Counted from the stretch's first letter, positions 1-14,459 are shown. The stretch: 64,000 bases of DNA from Lytechinus pictus (GCF_037042905.1 NC_087251.1:23314001-23378000), one strand, 5' to 3'. The notes: generated from the sequence alone by a model not told the origin. Numbers and translations are program-made.

Positions 1-574
1 TATAAAAGATAGTAACTTATGTTTTACAAATATAATGAATTGAATACATTAAATCAGAAAATCTGTAATACAAATATTATTCAAAATAAAGTATTCAGAT
101 TTCTGTAGGAAATAACTGAAATGAGAAAAGTAACCGTAAAATAGAAATTAAGTAGTACGATTACCATTGACATAACAAATAATTCCACTGAATTTATGAA
201 GAAAATTAGTTACATGTAAATGAGAATAGTCGAGCATAAAATACTAGATAGTAATATTGCAGTCAAGTAGAAATTAAGGAATATAATTATCACTGAGTAT
301 AACATATTGAGTAAATCAGTAGAAAAATCAATAAAATTAGTATCATTGAGCATAAAGTATTGGGAACTTAATTGCTTAAGGTATGAAATATATTATATGA
401 ATATCAACAAATTATAACATATTGGATAACCCATATCATTAATACAAGTCAGAGAGAAACAAAAATGGATCAAAATGTATCTAATACTAACACTGGAACA
501 CTGGAACTAACACTTTGCATTCTGGATATATTGGGGTATAGCATTCCATCAGTAAGCACCAAAAATATAAAAGA

Positions 575-890
575 TTAAAAAGTGATAGGTGAACAGTGGA
601 TATGACTACTAAAGACTATGTTAGAAAATCTAAAAGTTTGTTTAAAAAGTGATAGGTGAACAGTGGATGTGACTACTAAAGACTATGTTAGAAAATCTAA
701 AAGGTTGTTTAAAAAGTGATAGGTGAACAGTGGATGTGACTACTAAAGACTATGTTAGAAAATCTAAAAGTTTGTTTAAAAAGTGATAGGTGAACAGTGG
801 ATGTGACTACTAAAGACTATGTTAGAAAATCTAAAAGGTTGTTTAAAAAGTGATAGGTGAACAGTCGGTGTGACTACTAAAGACTATGTT
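575..890. repeat. 67-bp tandem repeat, about 4.7 copies
   Basis: gtgataggtgaacagtgg recurs at 582, 649, 716, 783 and 850. Confidence 0.95.
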
Positions 891-2788
891 CAATGGCATT
901 CTAAGTTCAATGACATGCTCCTTACTATTTCTTACAATGACATATGTGATTAAGGAACTCTACATCTGACTGATTCGATATTTTTATTATGCTTTGTTAT
1001 TCCAAAACTAAAAACTGTTTCTACAAATGGCATAGCGTCATTATCCATGTGCAGCAATCTAGTAGTCTAATTGGAAAGGATGATAACCATTTTAAAATGC
1101 CAAAGAGTTTCTGCTTGTTTTTTAGCCATGCAGACTTTCCTTTCATCTTCAATGTACAGCTTTTATTTATTTCCTTAATGCTTTCAGGATTTTTTTTTAT
1201 TTTCTTCGATAAAATTCAACAAGAAATATATATATATATACTTGCCTTTTAAAATATCTGGCAAGGATTGACATTTCATTAGGAACTTATTAATGACCCC
1301 ATATTTTGGTCAGTTAACTATGCATCTGACGCAACATGTAAAAAGATACTGCTTCTGCAGTCTGCCAGTAAATACAAAATAAGTTGTTTGTTTTCCACAT
1401 CATCATTTACATCCATCTCGACTTCCTTTTTTTTCTTATTTCTTATAGACCTTTTAATGTATATAAGTGAAATTTCAAATTACTACACCATGGCACCTCG
1501 CACTGATACACAATGGAAAGAAAGAACAAAACAAAGTAACAAAAATGATAATACAGTAAATGGTGTACAAAACTCCAAATTCCTACACAAACTCACTTTG
1601 ATTACATATATTTTCCAATATAGTCTACCTACAACCACATTATTTTTTATGAAAATATCCTCCCCAAATCACCGAAAAAACTTAGACAGGATAATTTTCC
1701 AGTAAATCAGGGTGCAGTGCAACCATCTTATCCCATTCTCTTTTTTTTTCCTGGAAAAAAACAACACATGTCTCACTAGAAAGCGCTAGGCCTCTATACG
1801 GACAGCACCATCTATCATGTTTGAGCCTACAGTCATAACAATGGCTGACTTTGCGAAGCTGCGGTGCTCGCTGCGATGATCCAATTGTAAAACCTAGTTT
1901 CATCGAGTCATTCTCTTTCTTTTGAGGTATGCTCAATGTATACCTCAATCATTTCAGCAGGAAAATTATCCAAGAATTTTGATAACCAATCGACTTCATT
2001 TCCCTAAAAAAAAAAATGCCTGTAATTTGCACTGACACTGCAGTGAATACTGTCTGTGTACGCCAAGCACAATAGATTATGTGTAGCTACCATAGGGAGG
2101 CAGCTGCGTGCATTTAATATTGGGTCTCCCAGATCTGGATAAATCCCTTATCTGGATTAGTGCTGGTCCCAATGTGTCCGGATAAGAGAGGTTGGACTGT
2201 ATATTTTCTGAGTCTTGACAAGGGCAATATGGGTCTACTGAGGGAAATGTATGTGTGGTATCTCCCAAAAATTAAAGCCAGTTAACATTATTATAAATAT
2301 AATTAGCTATAGGCCTACAGCTGTATGATGGGGAATTCAAGCTATTATTTGTGGCAATTTATGTCTATTTGCCTGTTGGTACTTCTGATTTCAGTTTATT
2401 TGTTAATTAAATAAAGTAATTCCATATCCAAGTAACTGTGACCTTAAGTGTATATAGCGAAGTCACGCATTATGCATGACGTGTACATACACTTCGTGCA
2501 TACACATGGTACACAAGGCTTGCGCTTGGGTTTGATGATTGGAAAGACAGGTATTATGGACCGATAATTTATTACAGAGGCACAATATGAAAACGACAAA
2601 ATTGTGGAAGGAGGGGTGTATGAATACGGTAGTATAATCCCTAGTCATACATCAGATCCTTAGCTTGGCCGTTTTACCAATTTTGTTTTGAGTTAATCAG
2701 TTAGACAGACAAAATTTTTGCCTTGATATCTGGTCTCCAAAATGCCTTATTCTGGTAATATTTTGTCTGTCTTTTGCATGTGTTTTAG

Positions 2789-2862
2789 GCAACAGAACAA
2801 GAGGACAAGCAGATGGTTTTGGACTTGAGATCCTTCCAAAGCTGAAAGATGTCAAAAGTGCA
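2789..2862 (+). CDS. FMN: Formin (FMN/Cappuccino subfamily) internal coding exon, FH2 domain: (G)[24 protein letters not shown]
   Basis: Acceptor tgttttag|GC at 2788/2789 and donor GCA|gtaagt at 2862/2863. The peptide matches the FH2 signature [24 protein letters not shown] of FMN1/FMN2/Capu. The upstream exons were not found in the window. Confidence 0.95.
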
Positions 2863-3307
2863 GTAAGTTATTTAGATAGATAGACAGAATGGTGTAATGA
2901 AATAATTCAATGTGCAGCTCTAGAGTTGAATTACATAATCTGTTTGCAATGGAAAGAAAGGTCATGGTGTCCTGTTTGAGATAAAGTTACTACCTTGGTA
3001 ACAGGGCTCAGAAGCCAATCACAATAAAGCTTTCCACAGTAAGTACAATAATAGAAAAAGTTACAATAGTTGTAATTCTTTATAATGCAGGCCCCAGGAC
3101 ATCTAAAACATATAATATGCTTGAGTAAATAGAGAAGCAAGATAGTAAAATTTCCACAAAATCAGATTTATGTAATAATTGTAAAAGTTACTCAATTTTT
3201 TAGTTTTTATTTTATGAAATGGTGATTTGTATAGTATGGACTATGGGCAAATTACTTTGCCATTGATATCATGAGCTCATTTTTACTTTCATTGTCATGA
3301 TGATGTA

Positions 3308-3479
3308 CAGGTAACTCTGCCTAAGTCGACCTTCCATAAGTCGAATAATCACCAGGTCGAAGCATTTTATTCGACCAGATTATTCAAACATGTGTTATAT
3401 ACCTCTTCTAATTCATATTTTGCCCAAGACTAACAGATTTCTCTGGTCTCAAGAGATTTGACTTCGGCAGAGTTACCTT
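3308..3479. mobile_element. Tc1/mariner-type MITE
   Basis: TA|caggtaactctgcctaagtcga ... tgacttcggcagagttacctt|TA: imperfect terminal inverted repeats of about 20 bp with TA flanks. Confidence 0.75.
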
Positions 3480-4630
3480 TATTTTAAATTGTGTATAGAA
3501 ATTATCTTTCTTCCAATTCAGAATGATTTAAAAATATGAAATGATCGTTATTGAATGACATTATTATTTTTAGAAAGATGAGCTTATGGTATCAAAGGTC
3601 TACTTACAGCCTGCATTTTCATTAAGCACATTTCAAAATGCCAGAGCTTGATTTTAAATGAAACATTTATATTTTTTGGCAATGTATTGATCCATTTCTA
3701 TTTTGATCAGTTTGTGAGGGGAAGTAATGTTGCCTCACAGAGTTTGCAATGCTTGCTATTTCAGAAATGTTGTTGCATGCATTCACTCAATTATATCATG
3801 TGATTCAAGATGCTTCTTTTTTTTTCTTTTTTTTTTGCTCCTGACCAGTTCATGGAATAAATTTGACCCCTGTTTCTTTTTCATATAGAGTGCATAACAA
3901 AAGTTACAAATTTTCACTGAATATTGTAAAATTGTCTGATTTACAAGCTGAAATGTAAAAGCAAATGAGGCAATACTTTGCATGAAGTCTATTGCTTTTA
4001 ATAAGACTAAATGGAGTACCAATGCTGAAACAATATCCATTTAAAAGCATTTTCATTAGCAGAATGTATGCTACCTAAAATTTCAAAATAGTTGTATTGC
4101 CAAGCAATATCTCCAAAATATGTAAAAATGTATACTGATAATAATAATGGTCTTCATTGATACTTATAAACACTTCTTGCAACCAAATGCTGAATTACTA
4201 ACGTATATACTACGATTCTGATAGAAAATTAGTTACATTGTAAATAAACCATTAAAATGCACATAGCTGGGTAATAATATTAATACCATGTTTTGTACTC
4301 ATCTTTAAAATCAGCTTTGTGCAGGCCAGAAATTGTTTGCCAAAATTCATTAGTTTTAATTGAAAGTTCATTATGTTATAATGTAATTGTTGATAAAACC
4401 TTGTTTTCAATCATTTTTTTTTACCATTGTGTAATCACTTTTCCAATTTCATAGTTCTTCTTAAATAATTTGTATATGGGATAGATTTAGAGGGACTCCT
4501 TCTTTTGATGCTTCTGAGTTTTATTATTTATTTGCTTTTCTCTTCATTTTTTTTCTTGAATTTCTCATCCATTCATCAAGTTCATAATGTTTGTTTTCTT
4601 AAACTATTTGTTTGATATATTTCACTGCAG

Positions 4631-4690
4631 GACAATGATGCAAATCTACTGGAGTATATTGTTGCATGCTATGTTCACAAAATCGATGGA
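4631..4690 (+). CDS. FMN: Formin exon, 60 nt: DNDANLLEYIVACYVHKIDG
   Basis: Acceptor ttcactgcag|GAC and donor GGA|gtaagt. Phase 0/0 continues the previous exon. Resembles the FMN segment DNxxxLxxYxVxxY. Confidence 0.92.
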
Positions 4691-5093
4691 GTAAGTTACA
4701 GCAAAAAACAAATGCTTTTTTATACATTAGTTCCTATCGATCTAATGTACATGTATTCTGTGATGCATGCCACTGTCATGCCTTTATATTCAGTAGTATA
4801 ATGCTTTCATGTAATACTTTAGTTGTTCCTGTCTTTACCCGTTTGGTGTAATTGTAAGTTATTTGATTTATTCACTGTCTGGATGTAATATCATATAGTT
4901 CCATTTAATTTACATGATAGACATAATATATTTGTCTATTCAATACATTGATGTGCTAGTGATATGTATCAATCTACATTTATTCACTGCATGCATATGT
5001 ATTAATCTATTCACTGGATTAACTTGATAGTTTTCTGTTCTAATTTATTCACAGAATCAGTTTGAAAGAATCACTGAATTGATTTGACCGTAT

Positions 5094-5529
5094 AATAAGC
5101 CTGTTCACGGTTGTAAACTGCGCACGAGCAGAAAAAGGTCATTGGAGACAACCATGAAGGTGGCTTTCAAAGTCACTGACATAGGCATTTGTGATTTGAT
5201 GATTATTCATGTATTCCTTTCAAAACATTTATCACATCCAAGCTGAAGAGTAATAAATAGAGCCTTCATAATCACTGGTATTTGACAGTAGCCTAAACAA
5301 TAGTCAAATGTGCCAAAGGCAGACAATAAAACAGATTTCCAAACTTTATTCCTGATGTACTATTCTAGTCACCTGGTCTATACAATGCCTTTTGTTCTTA
5401 GAATTTGAATACTCTACCGGTAAAGCTTACGCAACATCTACATTTGAAAATGATAGTGCTTATCCTAATGAAAAGAAAAAAGGTCATTTGGGAAAAGTTT
5501 ATCATGAGCTAACCGTGAACTGGCTTATT
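5094..5529. mobile_element. MITE-like element, superfamily unassigned
   Basis: Inverted termini aataagcctgttcacggtt / aaccgtgaactggcttatt (1 mismatch in 19 bp). Target site duplication unclear. Confidence 0.65.
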
Positions 5530-5731
5530 GCATCAAGTCAATCTATTTATACTTAATTGATATGATTGTTGTTCTTTTTTGTGAATTGCTGTTATAGTAT
5601 ATTGCATCAATCTATCTGCTATACAGAAGTAATACTGCATCAGCAGTAAATAACTAATATTTATTAATCAATGAAATTGACTTGCTGAATAATACATTCA
5701 TTTATTTTGTTATGTTTTGTTCTAATAATAG

Positions 5732-5852
5732 GATTCAGGAGCTGATCATACAATCTTGCCATTGCCTGAACCAAGTAAGGTAACCCAGGCTGGACTTATC
5801 AAGTTTGAGGATCTTGACAAGGACCTTAGAAAGATTCAAAAGGATCTCAAAG
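5732..5852 (+). CDS. FMN: Formin exon, 121 nt: DSGADHTILPLPEPSKVTQAGLIKFEDLDKDLRKIQKDLK(G)
   Basis: Acceptor ttgttctaataatag|GAT and donor AAAG|gtagcg. PLPEP and KFEDxxKDLRK motifs are characteristic of FMN-subfamily FH2. Confidence 0.93.
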
Positions 5853-7860
5853 GTAGCGTACAATAATCAAATATATATGTAATGGTACTCATGGGTAAAA
5901 TGTCCTATAAGGAGGCCATTTGAAAGAAGTTGGGGGGGGCTTACATATATGTCATAGACTTAATATGTACAATAGATTTCTCTTGATGCTTTTCGACAAG
6001 ACAATTAAAAGAAGATTTTTAATAGCGATTTGATCTTTATGTAAACGCCGTAGGCATCCTGTCATCTTATTGTTCATAGCCCTCACATTTGAACGCAATT
6101 ATTGTCAAAGAGTAAAGTGGATTATTATTCTAGTGGCTGTATATTATATGATCTAAGAATTGACTGGATCAAAATGCTGTATTCTTGGCAAGCAGCCAGA
6201 GACTGATAGAGTGATTGAGCACCTGAGTCTATTCAATGTGGCTGTTCTAGTTTGCCTTTGACCCTTAATTCGGCAAGCAATCTGTAGCAGGCCTCCATGA
6301 GCACAGCACTCTGCTTTCCATGTATTTCACTTCATTCATTTCCTTTATCTGTGGATATCATGCATATACGTCTTTCATTTCTCCTTGAGTTCATCTTTTG
6401 TGCATGCACTTCCTGTAGTATAGTCACGTTCAATTTCATAGAGCAATACATAGAAAAAGATTGGAAAAAAAAGGCGGAAAAAAAATCCAACTTTTACCTT
6501 ATTTATCTCTAAAATGACAGAAAATGCTCAAAATATCATAAAACAGTTTTGCATTAACGATTGATTTATTTTCTGACGGAAATATGGGCCTAATTTGCTG
6601 AATGTCAATCTTGTCTGCTCCTTCGATTGAATGTTGAGGTGCGGTGTATTGTGGATGATTGTCGACGGCTATAATCTTAAACCGTGCGCAAGGTTTACCG
6701 CGATTAGAGCCATCGACGATCGATGGGACATGCAGTTAAAAAAATAAAATAAATAAAATTGGTTAGCAAACACAAATTTATTACCAACATCTGCTCAGAT
6801 TCGATATAAAAAAAAGCAAACAAAAACTTCAAATTTACTCATGATATGATATATGAATAAAAAATCACACCAATTCTTTCTTACAGCATTATAATCAAGA
6901 ATATCTTTACCCTTCTGGTCCGCGTCCGGAATCATGATGTAATTTGTCACTCACGAAAATAATTGTTTTTCGTGGAGGGGTATGCAGCAAGTGCGATGCA
7001 AAGAAAACAGTTGTTAAATATAAAAGAAATATATTATATTCATAATTTTCATAATATTTCGAATAGCAAGTGCAAATTTTTCTTGATTGTATTTCCTCCT
7101 GTTGTCATTTTAAAGCACTGAAATAAAGGTGTCCGGCAATAGGATACACTGCCATACAAGCAATTGACAGTGCTTTATTCCTATCTATCCAACACTGACA
7201 GTGGAGGATTACCTCTAACTCTTAGTAAAGAAAAGACAAATATTCATAGTGCATTGGTGCCTATTTTTTACACTGTAATGAGGTGCAAACCTACACTATA
7301 ATGAGGTGCAAACAAGCACATTGCATATGCAGCTACCAGTATGAAACCATGCAAGCATTGCTAGTGGGACGATGGGGTTAGGTGCCATGCTCTCAGGGCC
7401 TCTCTGGTGCAGTAGCTAGCTATGTACACAATGCCAGCTTGCAAGCTGTCGTTGCCATTCACCACAGGAAATAAGATTTTATTTCACCCTGATTAGCTTT
7501 GTCATAACCCAAGATTTTTCAAGCATTAGCAGGCCTTAAGTAGTTCAAACAGGTATACTTCTTATATGGGAATGTCATTATATTCTGAAGGTTGCATACT
7601 GAAGAAAGTCTTTGTTAAAAAGTATTGTTTTGTTTCAAACCTCATTATCAGTAAGTGGGCTAGAGATCCCACCTGTGACATTCAAGTGATACTTTGGTTT
7701 TGACTGACCGTTACGAATAACAGAGAATAGATGCAAGTGCAATTAATATTGATATCCATTTAGCTTAGCAAGTAAACTGGCTTCCTCATTAGTGATAGGA
7801 AGTGAGATGTATTTTGTAATTTAGAAATGAGATCATGCATGATGCCCATCATCTCATATA

Positions 7861-8885
7861 AGAGTGTTAATGAACAGCAGCAAGAAGAGTATTAATGAAC
7901 AGCAACAAGAAGAGTGTTAATGAACAGCAGCAAGAAGAGTGTTAATGAACAGCAACAAGAAGATTGTTAATGAACAGCAGCAAGAAGAGATTTAATGAAC
8001 AGCAACAAGAAGAGTGTTAATGAACAGCAACAAGAAGAGTGTTAATGAACAGCAGCAAGAAGAGTGTTAATGAACAGCAGCAAGAAGAGTGTTAATGAAC
8101 AGCAGCAAAAAGAGTGTTAATGAACAGCAACAAGAAGAGTGTTAATGAACAGCAGCAAGAAGATTGTTAATGAACAGCAACAAGAAGAGTGTTAATGAAC
8201 AGCAGCAAGAAGAGATTTAATGAACAGCAGCAAGAATAGTGTTAATGAACAGCAGCAAGAAGAGTGTTAATGAACAGCAACAAGAAGAGTGTTAATGAAC
8301 AGCAACAAGAAGAGTGTTAATGAACAGCAACAAGAAGAGTGTTAATGAACAGCAACAAGAAGAGTGTTAATGAACAGCAACAAGAAGAGTGTTAATGAAC
8401 AGCAACAAGAAGAGATTTAATGAACAGCAACAAGAAGAGTGTTAATGAACAGCAACAAGAAGAGTGTTAATGAACAGCAGCAAGAAGAGTGTTAATGAAC
8501 AGCAGCAAAAAGAGTGTTAATGAACAGCAACAAGAAGAGTGTTAATGAACAGCAGCAAGAAGATTGTTAATGAACAGCAACAAGAAGAGTGTTAATGAAC
8601 AGCAGCAAGAAGAGATTTAATGAACAGCAGCAAGAATAGTGTTAATGAACAGCAGCAAGAAGAGTGTTAATGAACAGCAACAAGAAGAGTGTTAATGAAC
8701 AGCAACAAGAAGAGTGTTAATGAACAGCAACAAGAAGAGTGTTAATGAACAGCAGCAAGAAGAGTTTTAATGAACAGCAGCAAGAAGAGTGTTAATGAAC
8801 AGCAGCAAGAAGAGATTTAATGAACAGCAACAAGAAGAGTGTTAATGAACAGCAGCAAGAAGATTTTAATGAACAGCAGCAAGAA
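7861..8885. repeat. 25-bp minisatellite (agagtgttaatgaacagc[a]rcaaga), about 41 copies, in a formin intron
   Basis: Directly visible 25-nt period with few variant units. No spacers. Confidence 0.98.
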
Positions 8886-9874
8886 TTGTACAGCTGGGCT
8901 CAAAAGTTTTATACATCTATATGTCTAGTATAATTTTTTTTTCAACAAATTCCCCCATCTTTAGTTTCCTAAACAATTTGATTTCCTGCTTAATTCCACT
9001 ATGTCTTCTTGTATAATTAATGTTTACATTCATACATGATACTAGAATATATGTGATTTTTCAAGAAAGTCAAAATATGACCCACAATAAATACATTTCA
9101 ATATACCATATATACTGTATGAGAAGAATATAAGTAGACATGCAGTTTACTAAGAAATATGATTATATAGGCAACCAAGATGATGAAAATTTGAGAAAAA
9201 CTTTCTTTCTATTGTATAAACTTTTGACCTCAACTGTATGTAGCAATAGTGTTGCATTCTGCCCTAGAAAGGCGAGTCTGTGTTATCCCTTGCAATGTCT
9301 GTTCAAAGTTCAAAGTCATTTCTTTCACTATTCATAAAGAAATAATAAATGCTGTGTTACCATAGACCTACATAAGCAACAACAAAAAAACAGTGAAATA
9401 TAAACACTCTCTGGTGATTATTCTCACTATGGTGTATATTAATTTGGTATTAATATGGGTCACTTTTCATCACATGATTAGGCCCAAAAGATCAAATTAA
9501 AAAAAAAGTCTAATATACATGATTAATGCAAAAAGTATATCAAAGATGACTTATGGGAATGGGGGGTAATATCAAGAAATATATAGCCTTATAAAGCTGT
9601 AACAAGAAATAATTAATAAAGACCATTTATAAACATGGGAGGAGTAAAGGAGTAAGAAGGAAAAAATGGCAATCCTTTGGTCTGGGTTTTCAGAATCATA
9701 GATCACAATCACTGAAGTCAGCATTTTCAAGAGGAATGATTTATTTTTGTACAAGGTCATGTACAACAAGTATTAGTTCAAATGGGCAAATACAGTCCAA
9801 GATGTCATTCATAATGTCAAATATATCATTGTTTATGACGAGACCAGGAATGTCGGCTTATAATACATAATATG

Positions 9875-10545
9875 CAGAGGCGTCGATCCTGGGGGGGCAG
9901 GGGGGGCGATCGCCCCACCAATGAAAATATTGGGGGGGCAAACATATCGTTTTGCCCCCCCCCCAATAATTCCGCATGTGTAAAAAAAAAAATAAGATTG
10001 TAATGTTACACAGAAATCAGCAAGCGAGATCGAAATACACAACTCGTTCTTTATTTAAAATCATGCTCAAAATGTCCGCTTTTCAGATTGGAATATAAAA
10101 ATTTTCAGCTCCCGCTTCGCGCTCGCATCATTTCTGTAGCAAAAACCCATACTTTTCTTGATTAATAGGTGAATAGAATGTCCCGTTTTCAGTTCTAAGC
10201 CTCAAAATAACTCGCGGTTCGATTTGCAATAATCTTTTGTTGGATATATATCTTGTTCTTAATTTAAAACGTCCATTAAACTCAATTTTTTTCTGATCAA
10301 AATATCAAAATTTTTAGCTCGCGCTTCGCGCTCGCATCTATTGTTTTTTAGATACCCATCTTAATCATTGGTACCAAAAATGCATAGAATATCAAGCTTA
10401 CAGGTCAGAATATAAAGAAATTTCACCTCCGGCTCTCGGCACTCGCATTATCTGTGTAGTGAGATATGTATCCTCATGACAAACAGTCCTAAACAGGCAC
10501 CTTTTTCCTGTTATCAGATCAGTATACAAAAAAATTTCTCTTGGA
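9875..10545. mobile_element. Fragment of a G-tract non-autonomous DNA-transposon-like interspersed repeat
   Basis: Starts cagaggcgtcgatcctggggggg with G/C runs. Contains three related aaatttt(c)agctcgcgcttcgcgctcgcat motifs near 10100, 10310 and 10420. The right end was not identified. Confidence 0.6.
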
Positions 10546-11492
10546 CTATCCCCACCTTCACCAATCCTTTAGACCAGAGAGGGCAGCAGACAGGTTGCCA
10601 CACTGGGATGGACTCTCATTATAGGTATCACAGGCCTAATCCATTTCCCATAGACTCGTGTGTTAATGTGGCACTTAAAAAGAATTCATAAAAAATAAGG
10701 ATGAAATTCGAGGGTTGAATGTTTACTACCAGTGGATAGGATAAATGTCTGACATTCAATATCTGACCAGAAAAGGGTACCTCGACCAGCTCATTTTAAA
10801 AATAAATCAGCATTTATGAAGACTACACCTGATGGGATCAAATTCATCGCTTGAGAGAGTAAAATGGCCCTAATTCTTCCGCCAGTAAAAAAATAGTTTC
10901 AAAGTAGTGATATATCTTTCCGATTTGGAAAAAGGAAGTTAAGTAGGTACCCTCCCTAGAATCAGTGTTAGATTGTCAATCATATTCATTCATTTTGTCA
11001 GTCAGCAATATCAAATTTAAAAATTGAGCTATGGGTTGGCTCGAATGAATATCTTTTGCCTGCCAGTTGTAGTTAGGCCCGTGTGACCTTCAGTATTATT
11101 ATCATAGTACATTCCTTCTATTGTTTTTTTTTTCAATTTCGTACCATTATATGCAGATTTCTTTTAATCAAATAATTAGGAATACTCAGGAAACTACGGT
11201 TTCAGATGGATGATGTTTAAATACCATTATGATTGTAGAAAGCTTAATGAAAGGAATCTTATTATTGAAGACAAAGTTCACTCTCATCTGACTTGGGAAA
11301 GCCTTTGTGTGTGAGAAACAGGATTTTATACATATATATTCTGGCTGTAAGGAATTATTTATGCTTTTGGTGAGTTCATCAAATCAAATCATTTTATTTC
11401 CACAACAATATAGATAATATATAAAAAATAGAATGCACAAAAGAAATTATTATGAACCAAGTACGATTTAAATTCAATACAAAGAAATTAAT

Positions 11493-11643
11493 GTTTGCCC
11501 AACTTAACCAGATCTAGCTGTCTTTCAGCGCTCAGTGCATTCAATGAATTAATCCTGCCGGGTACCCAATTGCCTCACCTGGGTTGAGTGCAGCACAATG
11601 TGGAAAAATTTCTTGCTGAAGGAAATTACGCCATGGCTGGGAT
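11493..11643 (-). mobile_element. SINE fragment with CORE-like domain
   Basis: Reverse complement contains ttccttcagcaagaaatttttccacattgtgctgcactcaacccaggtgaggcaattgggtacccggcagga, related to the core of the SINE at 25693. Confidence 0.7.
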
Positions 11644-12977
11644 GTACAAATATGGTGATGATTCCAATGTAGAATTCGTAGAGAACATCCTATTATTGAA
11701 TGGATTCATCAAACACCCTTACTACTCATACCTGTAATGTACCTTTTTAATTGAATCAATGATTGGTTACCTGGGGCAGCAACTTTGAGGGTTGTGACAC
11801 CCGTTTGAATAGCTGAGGGTGTAGCACTTACCAATACTCAAGATATGTTGGTTCGTGCTTACATATTCTCAAAGGTTTGTAGGGATGCCAGTTTTCCAGC
11901 ATTGTCAGATCTTCCAATTAACCTCTCTTTTTTACCGTAAATTCTGGCTTCGTAAATAATTTGCTGTCTTTCCTTTTGATCCCACTGCAAATAAGTCAGA
12001 AGATATAAACAACAGCAGACTCGCGATGTTAGGTAGCTCACTCTCGCTGGACGGCTGGGCTGCATTGGGGGCAAGTGCAGTTTTGGCTAATGGCTTTGAC
12101 TGCCAGTGCAAGTTTTTTCATTTGACTACACTGATGTGATATTGATGCTGGTGTGAACAAGACTTCAACTTAAGTGGCTTGAATTAATGTTGTTTTAAAT
12201 TCTTACAAGCCTAGTTCATTCATTTTTTACTTCCAAAATGCATCAGAGTTACACATAAAATATGATTAAATATAAGGAGGAATGACCCTTCAGATTCACT
12301 CAGATTGCAGCAGAGAGCATCTAGAACCTGAGAGCTTCCAGGAATTCTAGCCGAAGGGACATTGGTCTCACATTAAAAAGATAAATAAAATAAATTAAAA
12401 AATATAGCTCTGGAGTCATTTGCCACTTACACCCCGTTGGTTTGGCTTTGGTTGTAGCGGCAAGTGGTATTTTTATCCATGGTTTATATCCGGTGTTATT
12501 TCCTTCATCTGGTCTGATCTTGTTTTATGAAAATGGACTCTGAGAAACTATGTTTGTGTGTTACTAAACTGCCACCAGAGTTATGGTGCATGTATCTGAA
12601 TTTGTTCAGCAGCTATTTTCCGCTATTTTATGGCAAACTATCATCATTTTTGTGGTGGCCCATTGATATCTACTTTGTCTCATATATTCAAATAATGCAT
12701 CATGTATTCAAATCAAATGTTTCTATTGTGTTTTGCACAATTCTTCACATTTCTATTTATGCATACCCCGAAATTGGGAGCTGCATTTTTTTTAGGAATC
12801 CCTTAAGGTTGAAATCTTCTCACATAAATACTATCTATTGAAGTGATGATAGATATGTTTGAACACCACTATTTGAATGAATGATATTAATTCTCAAAAA
12901 AAAAATTATACCAAAGGAAGAAGATTATCTGCTGACTATTATAGCTGACCAAAGAGAAAATATCTGTATTTTTTCAG

Positions 12978-13122
12978 GTTGTGAAACCAAAGCGGAGTCG
13001 GTTCGAAAGAATTCAAGTGACGAACATCGGCAGCCCTTCAGTGACAACATGGCTTCCTTCATGAGTGGAGCTTTGGAAGATATCAGCAAGGAGAGCAGAA
13101 GATTATCTGATACAAAGAAGAA
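12978..13122 (+). CDS. FMN: Formin exon, 145 nt: (G)CETKAESVRKNSSDEHRQPFSDNMASFMSGALEDISKESRRLSDTKK(K)
   Basis: Acceptor tattttttcag|GT and donor AA|gtaaga. Phase 1/2 fits both neighbours. Contains a QPFxxxMxxF motif. Confidence 0.92.
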
Positions 13123-13513
13123 GTAAGATGGGCTGGAAAATAGCATATCATTATTTAGCTTTGCCCCAAACGGTTTTTAAATGTTTCAGGAAAACTGGGA
13201 TTATTTATGAACTCATCAACTCAAAATATAGAGCTTCCTTATTAATATCAGCACTGGATAAAGGACAACGTTTCCTTGAAGCCATCAAGTGGCAGTACTC
13301 AAAAGTATATACTTTATGAGAATGATCCAAACACAAAATCAGGCATACACAATCAGAAGCTTGATAATTAGGGGCAAGTTTGATAAATATATATATTTCT
13401 TGGAAATTGTTCTCAGGATCTTAGAGCTTATGATGATCCTCTCATGTATATATGTTATCTTTGTGATTTTACCAATGACAAAAGTTATGCAATGTTGACA
13501 GTGATGTATATAT

Positions 13514-14459
13514 GAAGAGTTTGGTTGCAAAAGGGGTTAGATTCACTTTGGACCACTCCGAGAAAAATCATGTTTTTTTATTCTCCCATATTGCAATATT
13601 ATTATGAGAAACTAATTTGTCATGATGTACTACCCTATCATGTGAACATGAAATTGGGTATAAAAGAAATCTACCTGTCTTCAATTTTCTTTAATATATA
13701 TTTTTTTAAATTATCATTGTGGATCTAACCCATTTTGCTAGCAAACTAAAATGAATCCAATCCCTTTTGAATAAAAACATGATTTTTATTTGCCACTTTT
13801 ATTCAAGTTTTAATATGACTTTCAAATTTTCTTTGGTATCAAAAAAGCCAAAAATTATATTTACTGTACATGTTATGTTTGTTTCGTTTTGTTTTTACTT
13901 TGTATTGATAAAATGAAATAAATCAGAGTTTTATTAAATTGACCCATTCAGCTCTGCTGCTGATTAATATTATGTGTATATTCCAATAAATAAGATAAAT
14001 AATAATCATCAGAGTGACTAAAAATCTATAGGGTTTTAGACTGACCCCTTTTGACAAATGAGCTCTTCAAAAGAGTTTGGTTGCAAAGGGAGTTAGATCC
14101 GCTCCAAGAAAATCATTTTTTTTTATTCTCCCATATTGCAATATTCTTATGTAAAACTACATTTTCATGATACCCTAACATGTGAACATAAAATTGGGTA
14201 TAAAAGTCTTCATATTTTCTAAATATTCTTTTCCAAAAAATTATTTGTGGATCAACCCCTTTTGCAACCAAACTGAAATGGATCCAACCCCTTTTGAAAA
14301 AGAAGTGATTTTCTTTGCCATTTTTGTTCACTTTTTAATGGGAAATTCAACTTTTCTTTGGTATCACCTTGTAGAGCTACTAAAAAGTCTATTTTCATTG
14401 AGACAAAACATCAAATTTGATGAAAAATGGATCTAACCCCTTTTGCAACTGAGCTCTTC
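13514..14459. mobile_element. Head-to-tail dimer of a non-autonomous DNA transposon with ATAT flanks
   Basis: ATAT|gaagagtttggttgcaaaaggggttagat ... atctaaccccttttgcaactgagctcttc|ATAT. Copy 1 ends gagctcttc at 14068 and copy 2 restarts aagagtttggttgcaaagg at 14071. Confidence 0.75.

Noticed and set aside
575..890. CRISPR-like or coding repeat
   Set aside because: Near-identical contiguous 67-bp units, not a multiple of 3, with no spacers.
7861..8885. CRISPR-like array
   Set aside because: Units are contiguous with no unique spacers, there are no cas genes, and the context is a eukaryotic intron.
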